A stretch of 30,183 nt of DNA, taken from positions 1 through 30,183 of IMG/VR virus record IMGVR_UViG_3300032330_000609; one strand, given 5' to 3'. The stretch is from a virus (taxonomy: Duplodnaviria; Caudoviricetes). This document shows positions 1 through 9,971 of the stretch, piece by piece. The first letter of the stretch is position 1; each line of letters starts with the position of its first letter. A program made the translations under genes and the position numbers. The notes under the pieces are model-generated. The model saw nothing but the letters and a program-made list of their open reading frames with translations. It was not told the origin of the DNA and searched no databases.

Positions 1-57
1 GAGCCTGAAGCGATTTGTAAACTTTGGGTAATCCCAGAATCGTCAATCACTGAATAA
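1..57 (+). CDS. 3' end of a convergent gene (partial, ...EPEAICKLWVIPESSITE*); resembles the C-terminus of HiPIP-like small Fe-S proteins
   Basis: Frame 1 is open from the window edge to TAA at 55-57, just before a bidirectional terminator. The P-x-x-x-C-K-L-W pattern recalls HiPIP C-termini, but only 18 residues are visible. Confidence 0.4.
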   Translation, partial: EPEAICKLWVIPESSITE

Positions 58-69
58 TTCAGTTAAATC

Positions 70-104
70 AAAACCCCCGGCTCACCTCTGAAACCGGGGG
101 TTTT
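70..104. terminator. Bidirectional intrinsic terminator
   Basis: AAAACCCCCGG (70-80) / CCGGGGGTTTT (94-104) inverted repeat with A and T tails, between convergent genes. Confidence 0.85.
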
Positions 105-122
105 GTCTTGTCGGGATTCCGC

Positions 123-362
123 CTACGGCAGTAGGACGCTTATTGCAGACACTAGGACTGCAAGAATAGCAATAGCAACTGCGACCTTGTTGCTCTTGTC
201 ATCGCGCTGAGTTTTTAGTTCCTTGACATCGAGTTCGATCTCGTTGATGCGAACATCCTGTGCATCAAATTTCTTTTCCATGCGTTCTTGAGATTCGCGC
301 ATATTGCGAACACTCTCCTCAATTCTACCAAGAGTTACATAAAGTTCAGGCGATTCCGACAT
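123..362 (-). CDS. Lysis-cassette membrane protein (coiled coil plus one C-terminal TM helix; holin-accessory/XhlA-like)
   Basis: Charged heptad-like N-terminus, then hydrophobic VAVAIAILAVLVSAISVLL; last gene after the endolysin and holin. Confidence 0.65.
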   Translation of the reverse strand: MSESPELYVTLGRIEESVRNMRESQERMEKKFDAQDVRINEIELDVKELKTQRDDKSNKVAVAIAILAVLVSAISVLLP

Positions 363-363
363 T

Positions 364-618
364 TTACTTCTCTGAATCGTGCTTTTCGATCAACTTCGCA
401 GCCGAAGCATCGAGTTCATCTTGGGTGATTTGACCATCATTTAGGTAGTTGCGAGACATTTCTTCTGCAATTTCCATGATTCCGGCGATAGATGCCATAG
501 CGATTGACTGCCAGAACTGCAGGCCGATGGCAGAACCACCAACAAAAGTTCCGCTTACTTTCATGATCACATAAGCAATTGTGCGGCCTGAGATGGCCTT
601 GAACATTGACTTGTCCAT
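364..618 (-). CDS. Putative holin
   Basis: 84 aa with two hydrophobic segments and a charged C-tail; follows the endolysin; GGAG RBS 5 nt before the ATG. Confidence 0.65.
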   Translation of the reverse strand: MDKSMFKAISGRTIAYVIMKVSGTFVGGSAIGLQFWQSIAMASIAGIMEIAEEMSRNYLNDGQITQDELDASAAKLIEKHDSEK

Positions 619-670
619 TCATACTCCAATGGTTAAGCGCCCATTGGTTAATAGATAATTCTATTGTATC

Positions 671-1474
671 TTATGAGATTTTAATAGTGTCGCCGGGGTG
701 GAGTGCCTTATTAGCATTTAGTTTCTGCAATTCCTGAACACGCACAGCGGTAGTTTTACCGGCTACTGGATGTTTTTCCGCAATTGCCCAGTATGAATCA
801 CCGGCAACTACCTCATATATGGCTCTGTGTGGCTCGCTGAGGACTTTTGGTGCTAGTGCTGGTGTTTCTGCCTTTGCAGCAGCCTTTTGAGCCTTATATG
901 CGGCTTCTACGGTAGCGGCCTGCGCTTCATCATGAGTAGGTGCTGGTGCTGGCTCTGCGCTTGGATCTGCCAATACTGGCGCAGTAGCGATTACTGCTTC
1001 TTTGGCAATAAGCGCCTTAAAGAAGGCAATTGGCTCAATGTAGTTCTTACCATTTGCATCCCAAATGTGCTTCTTACCAATACGCAACTCCCAGTGCAGG
1101 TGCTTACCAGTAGACATACCGGTAGTCCCCATCTTGCCTAGTGGATTTCCGGCTTCAATTTTCTGACCCTTTTTGACCTTCAACGAACCATCCTGCATAT
1201 GTGCGAATAGGCTCGTATAGAAAACGCCATCAATCTTCATTAGCAAGATTACATAGTTACCAAAGCCGCCACCGGCTGCCTTTGATTTGGTTGCTTCAAG
1301 CACAGTTGCATCGTATGGTGCTTCGATCCAGCAAGGCTCGTGGCTTGACCAGATATCAGTTCCATTGTGGTGCTTTTTCTGGTGAGTAACTGGATGGATA
1401 CGCATACCCATCAACGAAGTTACTTTGAAATCTTTACCTAGTTTGCCGTCAATCGGCATCTGTGCTTTAGCCAT
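671..1474 (-). CDS. Endolysin: M23 peptidase, Ala/Pro/Lys linker, C-terminal LysM
   Basis: M23 motifs HNGTD (HxxxD), GFGNYV and TGKHLHWE (HxH); LysM-like YEVVAGDSYWAIA...LQKLN...LHPGDTIKI. Confidence 0.92.
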   Translation of the reverse strand: MAKAQMPIDGKLGKDFKVTSLMGMRIHPVTHQKKHHNGTDIWSSHEPCWIEAPYDATVLEATKSKAAGGGFGNYVILLMKIDGVFYTSLFAHMQDGSLKVKKGQKIEAGNPLGKMGTTGMSTGKHLHWELRIGKKHIWDANGKNYIEPIAFFKALIAKEAVIATAPVLADPSAEPAPAPTHDEAQAATVEAAYKAQKAAAKAETPALAPKVLSEPHRAIYEVVAGDSYWAIAEKHPVAGKTTAVRVQELQKLNANKALHPGDTIKIS

Positions 1475-1483
1475 TATTTATCC

Positions 1484-1846
1484 TTATGCGTAGGTGCTTG
1501 CGAACCAAGTTAGAGTTAGGGTTTCTGCGGTTACAGAAGATAGGCAGTGAACTTTTGCTACAAAGCCGGTTGTGGTTGGGTTTGAGTAAACAGTTGCAAT
1601 GTATGGAGTTGCAGTTGCTGAATTTGAAACAGTAAGCACAATCTTTGGTGCAGTTGCAAAAGTTACTGGAAATGTAATAGTTACGGTTGCTGGAGTCCCA
1701 GATGCGCTAGGACCAGTAAATGTAGTAGTTCCGGTAAGCACTCCAGTATTGTCTGCACTAGATGCTAGGTTTGCAAAGTGCGTTTCAAGCGGGGCAATGC
1801 TATCGCCAGATGTTGGGTATGTAATTCCCTTAATCGTATTAGCCAT
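1484..1846 (-). CDS. Minor tail/fibre protein with H-type-lectin-like C-terminal domain
   Basis: Thr-rich beta protein with VTITFPVTFATAPKIVLT...TTTGF...LTWFA, a common phage fibre-tip pattern; located at the end of the tail module. Confidence 0.6.
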   Translation of the reverse strand: MANTIKGITYPTSGDSIAPLETHFANLASSADNTGVLTGTTTFTGPSASGTPATVTITFPVTFATAPKIVLTVSNSATATPYIATVYSNPTTTGFVAKVHCLSSVTAETLTLTWFASTYA

Positions 1847-2031
1847 TATTCGTTCGTTTCGCTAGGCGCACTAAAGTTAGTGCCATCAAAAAGCCATCCG
1901 GTAGTAATGGCAGAATTCTCACTAGATGCATCAACCGATGAATCTGCAGTAGTAATTGCATCAAATAGTTTGTCGTTGCAGTTCAAAACCGCTAGAACCA
2001 TACCATCTTTAATAAATGCGATTTTTTTCAT
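1846..2031 (-). CDS. Small tail-fibre-associated (assembly chaperone-like) protein
   Basis: 61 aa, KIAFIKDG...GWLFDGTNFSAP pattern seen in small fibre-adjacent proteins; its stop overlaps the next gene's start. Confidence 0.5.
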   Translation of the reverse strand: MKKIAFIKDGMVLAVLNCNDKLFDAITTADSSVDASSENSAITTGWLFDGTNFSAPSETNE

Positions 2032-2040
2032 AATAATCTA

Positions 2041-2784
2041 TTATACCTTTGTAATTTGCACAGTTACGAAGCGCAGATTAGCCGCGCCAGACATTGTTCC
2101 GCTAGCAGTATTAGTGACCCTTAGATCTGGATTCCAAGATAGATCACCACTTGCTGAGACTGTATAAGCACCAACAACCACCAATGATCCACCGCCATAG
2201 ACCTGAGATCCAGTTGCAGTTGTCTTTACTCCAGAATATGTTGAGTTGAATGGATCAGTGCCACCAGTTCCATAAATACGGGCAGTAAGAGACTGTCTAG
2301 CCAGAGTGCTTGCTGCAGTATTTGTAGTAGAAATATCAACATCGAATACTGCGGTAACGATTACTTTACGCTGACCGCCAGTTTCAGGAATATCAATGTA
2401 TGTTGTGCCGTAGTAATCAATAACATATTCATCAGTTTTGCCAGCACCGGACCAACTAGCACTTGCTAGTGCATAGTAAGTATATGTAGTTAGACTTGAG
2501 AGAATATCCACAGCATCGTTTGCTTTATTAGCAGCAGATTGTGCGAGTGCCGCTGCTGCAATAGCAGTATTTGCTGCACTCTGTGCCTGTGCAGTAGTTG
2601 CCTCAAGTTGCACAACCGTAGCATCTAGCCTTCTATAGTTTGATGCAAGTTGGTTATCTCGCGCAGTATTATTGATATCGCTTGATGTAACCATCAAGTC
2701 TAGATCTTTTAGTTGCTTCTCTACTTCTCGACCCCAAGGCTGCGAGGATGTTGGAAGATAACTTGTTGGAAATACATTCGCCAT
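2041..2784 (-). CDS. Minor tail protein / short fibre (anchor, Ala-rich coiled coil, beta head)
   Basis: N-terminus FPTSYLPTSSQPWGREVE, Ala-rich helical middle, beta-rich C-terminus; follows the baseplate genes. Confidence 0.65.
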   Translation of the reverse strand: MANVFPTSYLPTSSQPWGREVEKQLKDLDLMVTSSDINNTARDNQLASNYRRLDATVVQLEATTAQAQSAANTAIAAAALAQSAANKANDAVDILSSLTTYTYYALASASWSGAGKTDEYVIDYYGTTYIDIPETGGQRKVIVTAVFDVDISTTNTAASTLARQSLTARIYGTGGTDPFNSTYSGVKTTATGSQVYGGGSLVVVGAYTVSASGDLSWNPDLRVTNTASGTMSGAANLRFVTVQITKV

Positions 2785-4367
2785 TATGACCTCGCTAGTG
2801 GAATTACTGAAAACTCATTAAATTTTAGAGCATCAAGTGGATGCGTAATTGGGTCTAATGCAAAGGTATTTAGATCCGAAAAATCCGCATCTGCCCACTT
2901 TTCATTAAAGTTTGTAAATGTTGCACAGGGAGTAGCGGTAATGCTTATGTTGTTAGGCGAATAATTTGCAGTAGTGATTCTAAACTTGTTATCGCGATAC
3001 TCATATACACTGCCAATAGAACTACCAAATGCAAGTTTATCTGTAGTTCCAAGCGATAGTGAGATTGCTGGACCACAAGCAGCCTGAGCTGCTGCAATAC
3101 CGCGTGTGCTTTGATCCATATCAGTAGTAATAAAGATATTATCTACAGTTTGATTAGCATCTTTTGATGTGAATTCGTCATCTGCACCAGTAACAAATGT
3201 TTTTAATTCTTTACTGAAGAACACGCCAGTTCCAGTAATGTAAAGTGCCGGATAGTCTGCTTCACCAGATGATTCAACACCGATTTTATATGGTGCATAA
3301 GTTAATTGATTTGGGTCGCTTGCAGTTGGCAAAGACGCAGCCGGTGGTGCAACAATTGTAATTTCAATTTCGTAGGGATTATCCGTAAGCGAAACAGTAA
3401 GGCTTCCGCCCTGACCAAGCCACTGAGCAGGTAGAATCGGTAGATCATCATTACCAACAACTACATATTGACCAGTAGTTCCGACATATGGCAATGGGAA
3501 AATTGCTTCAACACATTGTGGTTGATTTACCTGAGACAATGAAGCGTTGATGGCAAAACGCTTTGTAATTACTGCGCCAGCATCAACCTGCATGCTATCT
3601 GTGATAGATACGCTTTCATTTACGGTAAATAGGTTATCTAACTGTCTCTGCTGCTCGCGCACAACCTTATTTACACCATATTCAGTTTTATAGCGAATAA
3701 CATCAATTGTCTTTGCGCTATTGAATGTATCGACTGAATATGTCTCAGTTGTTTTTTTATTGATTAATACTTGATTTGTCTTTGCTTTTCTAAAAACAAG
3801 ATCGAAGCCATTAATATACATTTCAATGCCAACATTATCTGTATCACTTACAGTAATTGCGGAACACATCATCTTTAGGTATTCCCAGACATTTCCAGTC
3901 CAACCAAGATAATTGACATCAATGTTTTCAAGTTCAGCAGCAAATACTTCATCTATTACAGGACTTATTCCAACAAGCGAACAATAGTATTGAATAGCAC
4001 TTAGAACAGTTGCACCACCGCCACCATGTGGTAATGCAGTTTTAGTAACATTAAGTCGAGACATAACTGTATCGCCAGTAATGCTTGCTAGGTTATTAGC
4101 AATTGATACTTTTTTAACCTGAAACTCTACTGATCCATAGTTAGAGTCAGTCAATTCCATAGAGTTATTTATGGCTAGCGCGCTATTAGGATGCGTGCCA
4201 TCGACTGTATTCTCAGACATTGCTACGCCAGTTAGGTTTACTTGGCTTACACCACCAGACATGCTTGTTGGGTCTAGTGCAGTTACTTCTTCTGAATAAG
4301 AATATGCTGAGACAGCATTATTTTTTATGTGACCGCTACCGGTTAGGTTTTTTAGGGTTACGCTCAT
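2784..4367 (-). CDS. Minor tail protein (baseplate hub/Tal position)
   Basis: 527 aa beta-rich ORF, second gene after the tape measure, with overlapping start/stop; called mainly on synteny. Confidence 0.65.
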   Translation of the reverse strand: MSVTLKNLTGSGHIKNNAVSAYSYSEEVTALDPTSMSGGVSQVNLTGVAMSENTVDGTHPNSALAINNSMELTDSNYGSVEFQVKKVSIANNLASITGDTVMSRLNVTKTALPHGGGGATVLSAIQYYCSLVGISPVIDEVFAAELENIDVNYLGWTGNVWEYLKMMCSAITVSDTDNVGIEMYINGFDLVFRKAKTNQVLINKKTTETYSVDTFNSAKTIDVIRYKTEYGVNKVVREQQRQLDNLFTVNESVSITDSMQVDAGAVITKRFAINASLSQVNQPQCVEAIFPLPYVGTTGQYVVVGNDDLPILPAQWLGQGGSLTVSLTDNPYEIEITIVAPPAASLPTASDPNQLTYAPYKIGVESSGEADYPALYITGTGVFFSKELKTFVTGADDEFTSKDANQTVDNIFITTDMDQSTRGIAAAQAACGPAISLSLGTTDKLAFGSSIGSVYEYRDNKFRITTANYSPNNISITATPCATFTNFNEKWADADFSDLNTFALDPITHPLDALKFNEFSVIPLARS

Positions 4368-5221
4368 TCAACTTCTACCCAATCTAGAGACATTCCAACC
4401 CATCCATTATTTACATTAGACGAGTAATAATCCATTTGTGGAAATGATGCAAATTCTAAGCCAGTAGTTCCACGACCAGAAATAAAGCCACCATTTTCAA
4501 CTGATGAATTTTCAGGAAGTAACTGCGCTATCATCCCAGTAATTTTAACAGTAGTAGCAGTGGTAGTTGCTAGGAAGATTTCAACATGGGTATATGTATC
4601 ACCCTTGATCTTTGTATTAGTTCTAGTTGTGCTAGATACATCTAGTCGAGTTGGGTTTAGTGCAGTATCAGCAGATCCATCTACTCGCTTATATGGAACA
4701 ATTCTTATTCCAGCAGTAGAAGCGCCAGATGGTCCATGCCAACCAAAATTTAGTGCATAATCTTTAGGAATAATTATTGTAAGTTTTTGAGTTGATACAA
4801 AGTTATCTGAAGTGGTGAACTCAATGTGTTTTACTGGATAATCATTTACGCTAGTTGCAGATGCATAGGTTGGCACAAGTGAGCCAGCAGATAGATCTGT
4901 CCAGCCCTTTTCTGCTAATGCAGGTGATGCCCAGTGTGGTGGAAGAATGTTTTTGTCAGCAGCAAATGGGTCTACCCAGTAAAATGGGCCATCACCATAA
5001 ATTCCATCAGCATAATCTTTTACGACATGGAAATCTTCAATAGAGCCATTCCAAGTTGCGCTAAATTTACGGTGTGAGCCGCTAGAGCGATCAATCGATG
5101 CCCCACCATTCAGCAACTGCGCCTCAGTGACATAGCCAACCGAGCCAGCCTTCATTCCAGATGCGGGAGCCTTAATCCACATCTGCTTGCTTTTATTGCC
5201 AAAATAAACCTGACCGGCCAT
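4364..5221 (-). CDS. Minor tail protein (distal tail, Dit position)
   Basis: 285 aa directly after the tape measure, translationally coupled. Confidence 0.65.
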   Translation of the reverse strand: MAGQVYFGNKSKQMWIKAPASGMKAGSVGYVTEAQLLNGGASIDRSSGSHRKFSATWNGSIEDFHVVKDYADGIYGDGPFYWVDPFAADKNILPPHWASPALAEKGWTDLSAGSLVPTYASATSVNDYPVKHIEFTTSDNFVSTQKLTIIIPKDYALNFGWHGPSGASTAGIRIVPYKRVDGSADTALNPTRLDVSSTTRTNTKIKGDTYTHVEIFLATTTATTVKITGMIAQLLPENSSVENGGFISGRGTTGLEFASFPQMDYYSSNVNNGWVGMSLDWVEVE

Positions 5222-8200
5222 TAGTTTAGACCCCTTTGGGCTAGTAGCGCATTTCCGTTACTGACGGTTGATGCCAACTGTGCAGTATCCGCATATAGAT
5301 TAATTGGTCGATCAATTGCTGCGCGTAGTAATTGTCGATCCTCTGGCGATAGATAAGTTATTTGAGTTCCACCCTGAGATGTATTTACTGTAGATCCCAT
5401 AGACGCACGACTAAAGTTCATCTGATTTAGTGAGTTCATAAAGTCAACACCATAAGTTTTTACAGCAGATGCATTCATTACATATTCACCATTTGAAAGC
5501 ATTGCAGAAATTGCATCGCTTCTAGATCCACCCGGACCAGCAACATAGCCACCATTAGCATAAGCAAGTTTTACATCGAATGGCTTGTATTTTGTGCCGT
5601 TCTGTAGTTCCCAGTTGCCAATGTATTTCATTGCATTATCAAGAATCATGGCATGTGGAATCTTGGTCATCAATTGCTCAAACCAATTCTTTTTATTCCA
5701 AATATCCATTTCAGCCTTCAGGTCGTTATAGACCTTTAGGTAAGTAGCCAAGCCCGGTGGGGTTGCTACAACTGGAGTTACAGGTGCTGCTGGAACACGA
5801 GGCAAACTACCGCTTCCAGTTCCGCTACCCGAACCAGTGCCAGTGCCAGTGCTACCACCGCTAGTAGTTGGAATGCTATTTAGCACGCCATCATCTGTGC
5901 GAACAACCTTGACATTTAGTTTGTGTTCTTTTGCTAGATATTCCTGCACAGCATTGAACTCTGCACTCTTTGTAGCATCAAATTCAACGGTTACATCGCG
6001 AGGTGTATCATGAACGGTCTTAGCATATGCATCAAATTGAGCAGCATATTTTTCAAGTTCAGTTGCGTTATACCCAACTTCTTTACCCTGAGCAATAAAC
6101 TCTGTCTTTAGTCCAGAAACCGCATTCTCAAGTTCAGTTCCCTTCATGCCAGTAGCGGCTAGTGTCTTGATATATTCCTGATACTTACCAAGCATATCTA
6201 TAATATTGCTGCGGTTCGCTGCTGCAGCAGATCCATTGCCAACAAGCGATGTATTTGCTTTATCCTGCGCATCTGATAGAGAGTTATTAGCCTTAGCAAG
6301 ATCTGCAGTATTCTTTGCTAGTTTTGCACGAATGGCCTCAGCGCGCTTTGTATCGCCATAGCGCACAGCCACACCGAGCTGGAATTCTAAGATGCTTTTA
6401 TCTGCAGTAAGTTCTTTGATGCTCTGATTAGCATTATCAATTGCTTCTTGAGCAGCCTTAGCGTCATCCTTAATCTTTCTCCAGCCACCAGCAATTCCAT
6501 CAAGTGCAGTTTGCTTTGAGAACTGAATATCATCAATACGCTTAAAAACAGAAATTAGATCATTTGCATAGTCAACTACAGTTCTAACTGTTTGACTTAG
6601 TTTTCCGGTATCTTTAGTTAGTTTAGTAAGGTCAATTCCGGTGGTTTTTGCTGCATTTCCGAGATCTACTAAACCGTAACCCATAAGGTAGGCTTCACCA
6701 ACCGCACCGGCAAGCGTATCTTTCAACTGCTCTAGCGGGAAATTAAAACCATTCCAGAAGTCTGATTTTAGAATTGTTGGAGTCTTTAGTCCAAGTCTGT
6801 TTCCTTTTGATTCAAGGGTATTGAAATAGGCATCAAGGGCGGCTTGACCCTTTTTAGCGGCAGCACTTGCATCAGTAAAGTTATAGCCAACCTTACGCAA
6901 GTAGTCAACGGTCTTAGTGTCTTTAGCAATATTTGCAAAATCACCAGACTGAAGCATTCTCTGCTGAAGCCATAGGTCATAGTTTTGACCCAAAACAATG
7001 TTCTGCTGCTGCAAAGCACCAGTTGTAGTATTTAGACCATTTGGTAGATCGGTTCCAGCGATTACCGCAAAACCCTGTGCAGTTTTAGATGCATCATAAA
7101 CAGCAGCATCATTTTGCTGCATTGAGGTTGTCATGCCAGCAATCTGACCTGATGCAATTGCGGCATTCACGCCAGCCTCTGAACCAAAGTCCTTTAGTGC
7201 TTGCTGATAGTCAGCAGTTAGTGCTTCCTGAAGTCCAGAGAATCCATTGAGTAGGTTCTCAGCCTTTTGCGTTACTGGGGCAAGGGCCTCGCCAACCATT
7301 GAGATTGCCTGCACAACAGCGCCCAATACTGCTAGCCATCCAGTTGCTTTTAGAGCGGTGTTGAAGAACTTAGCAGCAACAACACCCTTATTCAAAGCGC
7401 CGGTAGTTGCATTTACTGCACCTTCAACGCCGATCATTGCAATTGCATAGGCTTTTATAGCAGCCTGACCAAGAGCAACAACCGCATTGATGGAAGTAAA
7501 TGCCGCGACAACACCAAGTAGTCCAATAGTTAGTGGCATTACCCAGTCACGAATGAATGGGCTACGCGCTGCATTATTTAGAGTCTGCAGGAATGATGTA
7601 ATTGCATCTAGCAAGCCCTTGAACATGTCGCCAGTTGCGCCTTCACCAAGGCTAGCCAATAGGTTATCCCAGTTATTTTTTAGAACCTCTAGTTTTGCTG
7701 CAACAGTATCCTGAATTTGACCATATGCAGCAGAAAGGAATGTGCCTTCGGTATATGCCTTACTAGCATTTCTAATTGAATCTGCGTAAACATTGTAGTT
7801 ATCGCCAAGTTTTTGAATAGTCTGAATATCGCGCACATTGTGCAGACCGATGCCACGAAGCACAGAGTCAAGATTCTGACCATTATCTGACATAGACTGC
7901 AAACCGCCTAAGAATGCATCAAAAGCCTTTTGACCATTTGTTTGCCATGTCTTAGCGAAATCTTCTGCACTCATTCCAGCAATATTTGCATAGTTTTTAA
8001 GAGCAGAACCACCAGCGCCAACCGCCTGATTAATTCCAGCAAATGTGCGGATGATCGATCCACGAGCCGCTTCAGGTGCAATACCAACAGATGATAGTGC
8101 AGTTGCTAGACCGACAACCTCTGGCGTTGAAAATTTAGCCATCTTTGCAGTAGTTGCAATTTCCTTAGTTACAGATGCAATCTGTTCTTCAGTTGCAACT

Positions 8201-8898
8201 GCCTTTACACCGGCATAAGCAATAGCCGATCCAAGTTTGTTATAGTCACCCTCATTTAGAAGTTCACCGATACGACCAAAAGACATGGCGGTAGCCTGTG
8301 CGGTCATTCCAGTTGTAGCCGAGAACTGAGCAACGGTTTTAGTAAATGATTCTAGCCTGCCCTGAGCAATACCCAACTGATTACCAATTGTAGCAATTTC
8401 AGTTACCTTGCTAAATGATACCGGGATCTGAGCTGCAACCTCAGTAAGGCTGAATTTCATTGCACGAGCAGCCTCGCCAACCTTTACTGAGTAGAACTCA
8501 GTGGTTCTGGCAACATCCGCAAAAGAACGCTCATAACTAATAGCAGCATCTGCCATGGCCTTGATTGATCCCATTGTGATTCTGGAGACTTGCTGATAAG
8601 CAGCAGCAACATCGTAAAGAGCATAACGCTCACGCGCCATTGCGCGAACATTAGCATTACTAGCATCAGCCTGCTCCATGGCTGCATTTGCCATTGCCTT
8701 GCGACCCGGAATGCTTGATGTATTAGCAGCACCAGTAGCAGCACCTGCATTGCCAGTAGCAGCACTTACTGTAATCTTCTTTTTATTGAGTGCGTCTATT
8801 TCACCATTTAGGCTTTTTACGGCTGCTCTAGCGCGCTCGATGCCGGCTAGAAATGGGCCTACATCGAGATTTATTTGTGCATCAAAATTTAATGACAC
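5221..8898 (-). CDS. Tape measure protein
   Basis: 1225 aa, Ala-rich and helical, with a central hydrophobic stretch and the typical C-terminal YANGGYVAGPGGSRSDAISAMLSNGEYVMNA motif; follows the chaperone pair. Confidence 0.95.
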   Translation of the reverse strand: MSLNFDAQINLDVGPFLAGIERARAAVKSLNGEIDALNKKKITVSAATGNAGAATGAANTSSIPGRKAMANAAMEQADASNANVRAMARERYALYDVAAAYQQVSRITMGSIKAMADAAISYERSFADVARTTEFYSVKVGEAARAMKFSLTEVAAQIPVSFSKVTEIATIGNQLGIAQGRLESFTKTVAQFSATTGMTAQATAMSFGRIGELLNEGDYNKLGSAIAYAGVKAVATEEQIASVTKEIATTAKMAKFSTPEVVGLATALSSVGIAPEAARGSIIRTFAGINQAVGAGGSALKNYANIAGMSAEDFAKTWQTNGQKAFDAFLGGLQSMSDNGQNLDSVLRGIGLHNVRDIQTIQKLGDNYNVYADSIRNASKAYTEGTFLSAAYGQIQDTVAAKLEVLKNNWDNLLASLGEGATGDMFKGLLDAITSFLQTLNNAARSPFIRDWVMPLTIGLLGVVAAFTSINAVVALGQAAIKAYAIAMIGVEGAVNATTGALNKGVVAAKFFNTALKATGWLAVLGAVVQAISMVGEALAPVTQKAENLLNGFSGLQEALTADYQQALKDFGSEAGVNAAIASGQIAGMTTSMQQNDAAVYDASKTAQGFAVIAGTDLPNGLNTTTGALQQQNIVLGQNYDLWLQQRMLQSGDFANIAKDTKTVDYLRKVGYNFTDASAAAKKGQAALDAYFNTLESKGNRLGLKTPTILKSDFWNGFNFPLEQLKDTLAGAVGEAYLMGYGLVDLGNAAKTTGIDLTKLTKDTGKLSQTVRTVVDYANDLISVFKRIDDIQFSKQTALDGIAGGWRKIKDDAKAAQEAIDNANQSIKELTADKSILEFQLGVAVRYGDTKRAEAIRAKLAKNTADLAKANNSLSDAQDKANTSLVGNGSAAAANRSNIIDMLGKYQEYIKTLAATGMKGTELENAVSGLKTEFIAQGKEVGYNATELEKYAAQFDAYAKTVHDTPRDVTVEFDATKSAEFNAVQEYLAKEHKLNVKVVRTDDGVLNSIPTTSGGSTGTGTGSGSGTGSGSLPRVPAAPVTPVVATPPGLATYLKVYNDLKAEMDIWNKKNWFEQLMTKIPHAMILDNAMKYIGNWELQNGTKYKPFDVKLAYANGGYVAGPGGSRSDAISAMLSNGEYVMNASAVKTYGVDFMNSLNQMNFSRASMGSTVNTSQGGTQITYLSPEDRQLLRAAIDRPINLYADTAQLASTVSNGNALLAQRGLN

Positions 8899-8931
8899 AA
8901 AACACCGCCTAAACTTATGAGAATACTATAA

Positions 8932-9357
8932 CTATTCTACCTTATCCTTCTCAGAGAAGTCTTTGTAGAATTGCATCCTAGAAGGCATTGCCGAGCCATC
9001 GTAGGTATATGGCACAGTGTATGGAGACACTCCATAGTCTTTTTTAGAAGATTTTTTCTTTTCTTCTTGTTCCTGCCAACGCTCTAACTCGGCCCTTGCA
9101 TAGCAAATGCTAGTTCGAACTTTAAATCCAATATTGCTTGCAAACTCATTTCGGCACACCCAGATAGGGCTACCACATTCTGGGCAGGTTTCATCTTCGA
9201 GAATCTGCATTGCCTCAACTAGCAAGAAGTCCAATTCCGTCCATGGGTCTGTTGGTTGTTCATGGAACAACATCGCGGCTGGACGGATAGAGGCTTTGAG
9301 GGCTGCCTTTATCTTGGTTATATAACCGCGATTACCTTCCCAAGTTAGGACTTCGGT
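8932..9357 (-). CDS. Tail assembly chaperone, -1 frameshift extension (gpT-like); includes the listed ORF 8932..9273
   Basis: The -1 frame is open from the slippery site (9357) through TEVLTWEGNRGYITKIKAALKASIRPAAM into MLFHEQ...; contains CPECG and further Cys residues. Confidence 0.8.
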   Translation of the reverse strand, partial: TEVLTWEGNRGYITKIKAALKASIRPAAMLFHEQPTDPWTELDFLLVEAMQILEDETCPECGSPIWVCRNEFASNIGFKVRTSICYARAELERWQEQEEKKKSSKKDYGVSPYTVPYTYDGSAMPSRMQFYKDFSEKDKVE

Positions 9358-9953
9358 AAAAAACCTGCGTCAGTCAATCCCTTGAAGTAAGCACCGGCTA
9401 GGGTCAATTGCTGCATTTTCTCAGTAACTAGATCCCAAACTTCTTTTGGAAGATGCTTACGGAACTCATTTACATCATCTGCAGTAAATACGCGCTCGTC
9501 AAGTTCGCCATCTGCGTTCTCAACGCTAATTAGGTTTGCAGCAACTAGGCTACAGGTCCAAACTCGAACCCAATCAGCATTTGCTTCTTCTTGACCAAAA
9601 GCATTTACGGTAGTTGGAAAATCCTTGTTGCACTGCTCTGTAATGCGTTCAATAGTCTCTTGATTGACTCCACGCATGTGAAATACAATCTTAGATTCCA
9701 GAATCTTTTTTGAGATCTCCTGAGCCTTTTGCTCTAGTCCTACAAGTCGATCTTCTTCGCCAAGAGCGGCATCATTGATTTCTTTATTGATTTTACTTAG
9801 TTCATATGCTGAATCTACATCTAGATATGCAGTTACAGAATCCTGCGGATAGGCGCGACCCTTTGCAAAATCTACAATATTGAATGTGCCTTTTGCCTGC
9901 GCCTTTTCGACTAGTTTAAGGACTTGTTCTCCGTTAAGTTCTTGTTCGCTCAT
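9345..9953 (-). CDS. Tail assembly chaperone (gpG-like); probable start ATG 9953 (MSEQ), upstream ATG 9977 also possible
   Basis: Lies between the major tail and tape measure genes; ends GGT TTT TTA CCG AAG TCC TAA with a slippery heptamer. Confidence 0.85.
   Translation of the reverse strand: MSEQELNGEQVLKLVEKAQAKGTFNIVDFAKGRAYPQDSVTAYLDVDSAYELSKINKEINDAALGEEDRLVGLEQKAQEISKKILESKIVFHMRGVNQETIERITEQCNKDFPTTVNAFGQEEANADWVRVWTCSLVAANLISVENADGELDERVFTADDVNEFRKHLPKEVWDLVTEKMQQLTLAGAYFKGLTDAGFLPKS
9357..9363 (-). promoter_or_regulatory. -1 programmed ribosomal frameshift site U UUU UUA
   Basis: Canonical X XXY YYZ heptamer in the correct frame, 3 codons before the stop; the -1 frame joins the downstream ORF. 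Confidence 0.85.
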
Positions 9954-9971
9954 TTTTCGCCTGTTCTTTTT

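Noticed and set aside
437-622. Overlapping 61-aa ORF or lambda-like dual-start holin
   Set aside because: The ATG at 622 is out of frame with the holin and only 1 nt from the SD; the product looks non-biological.
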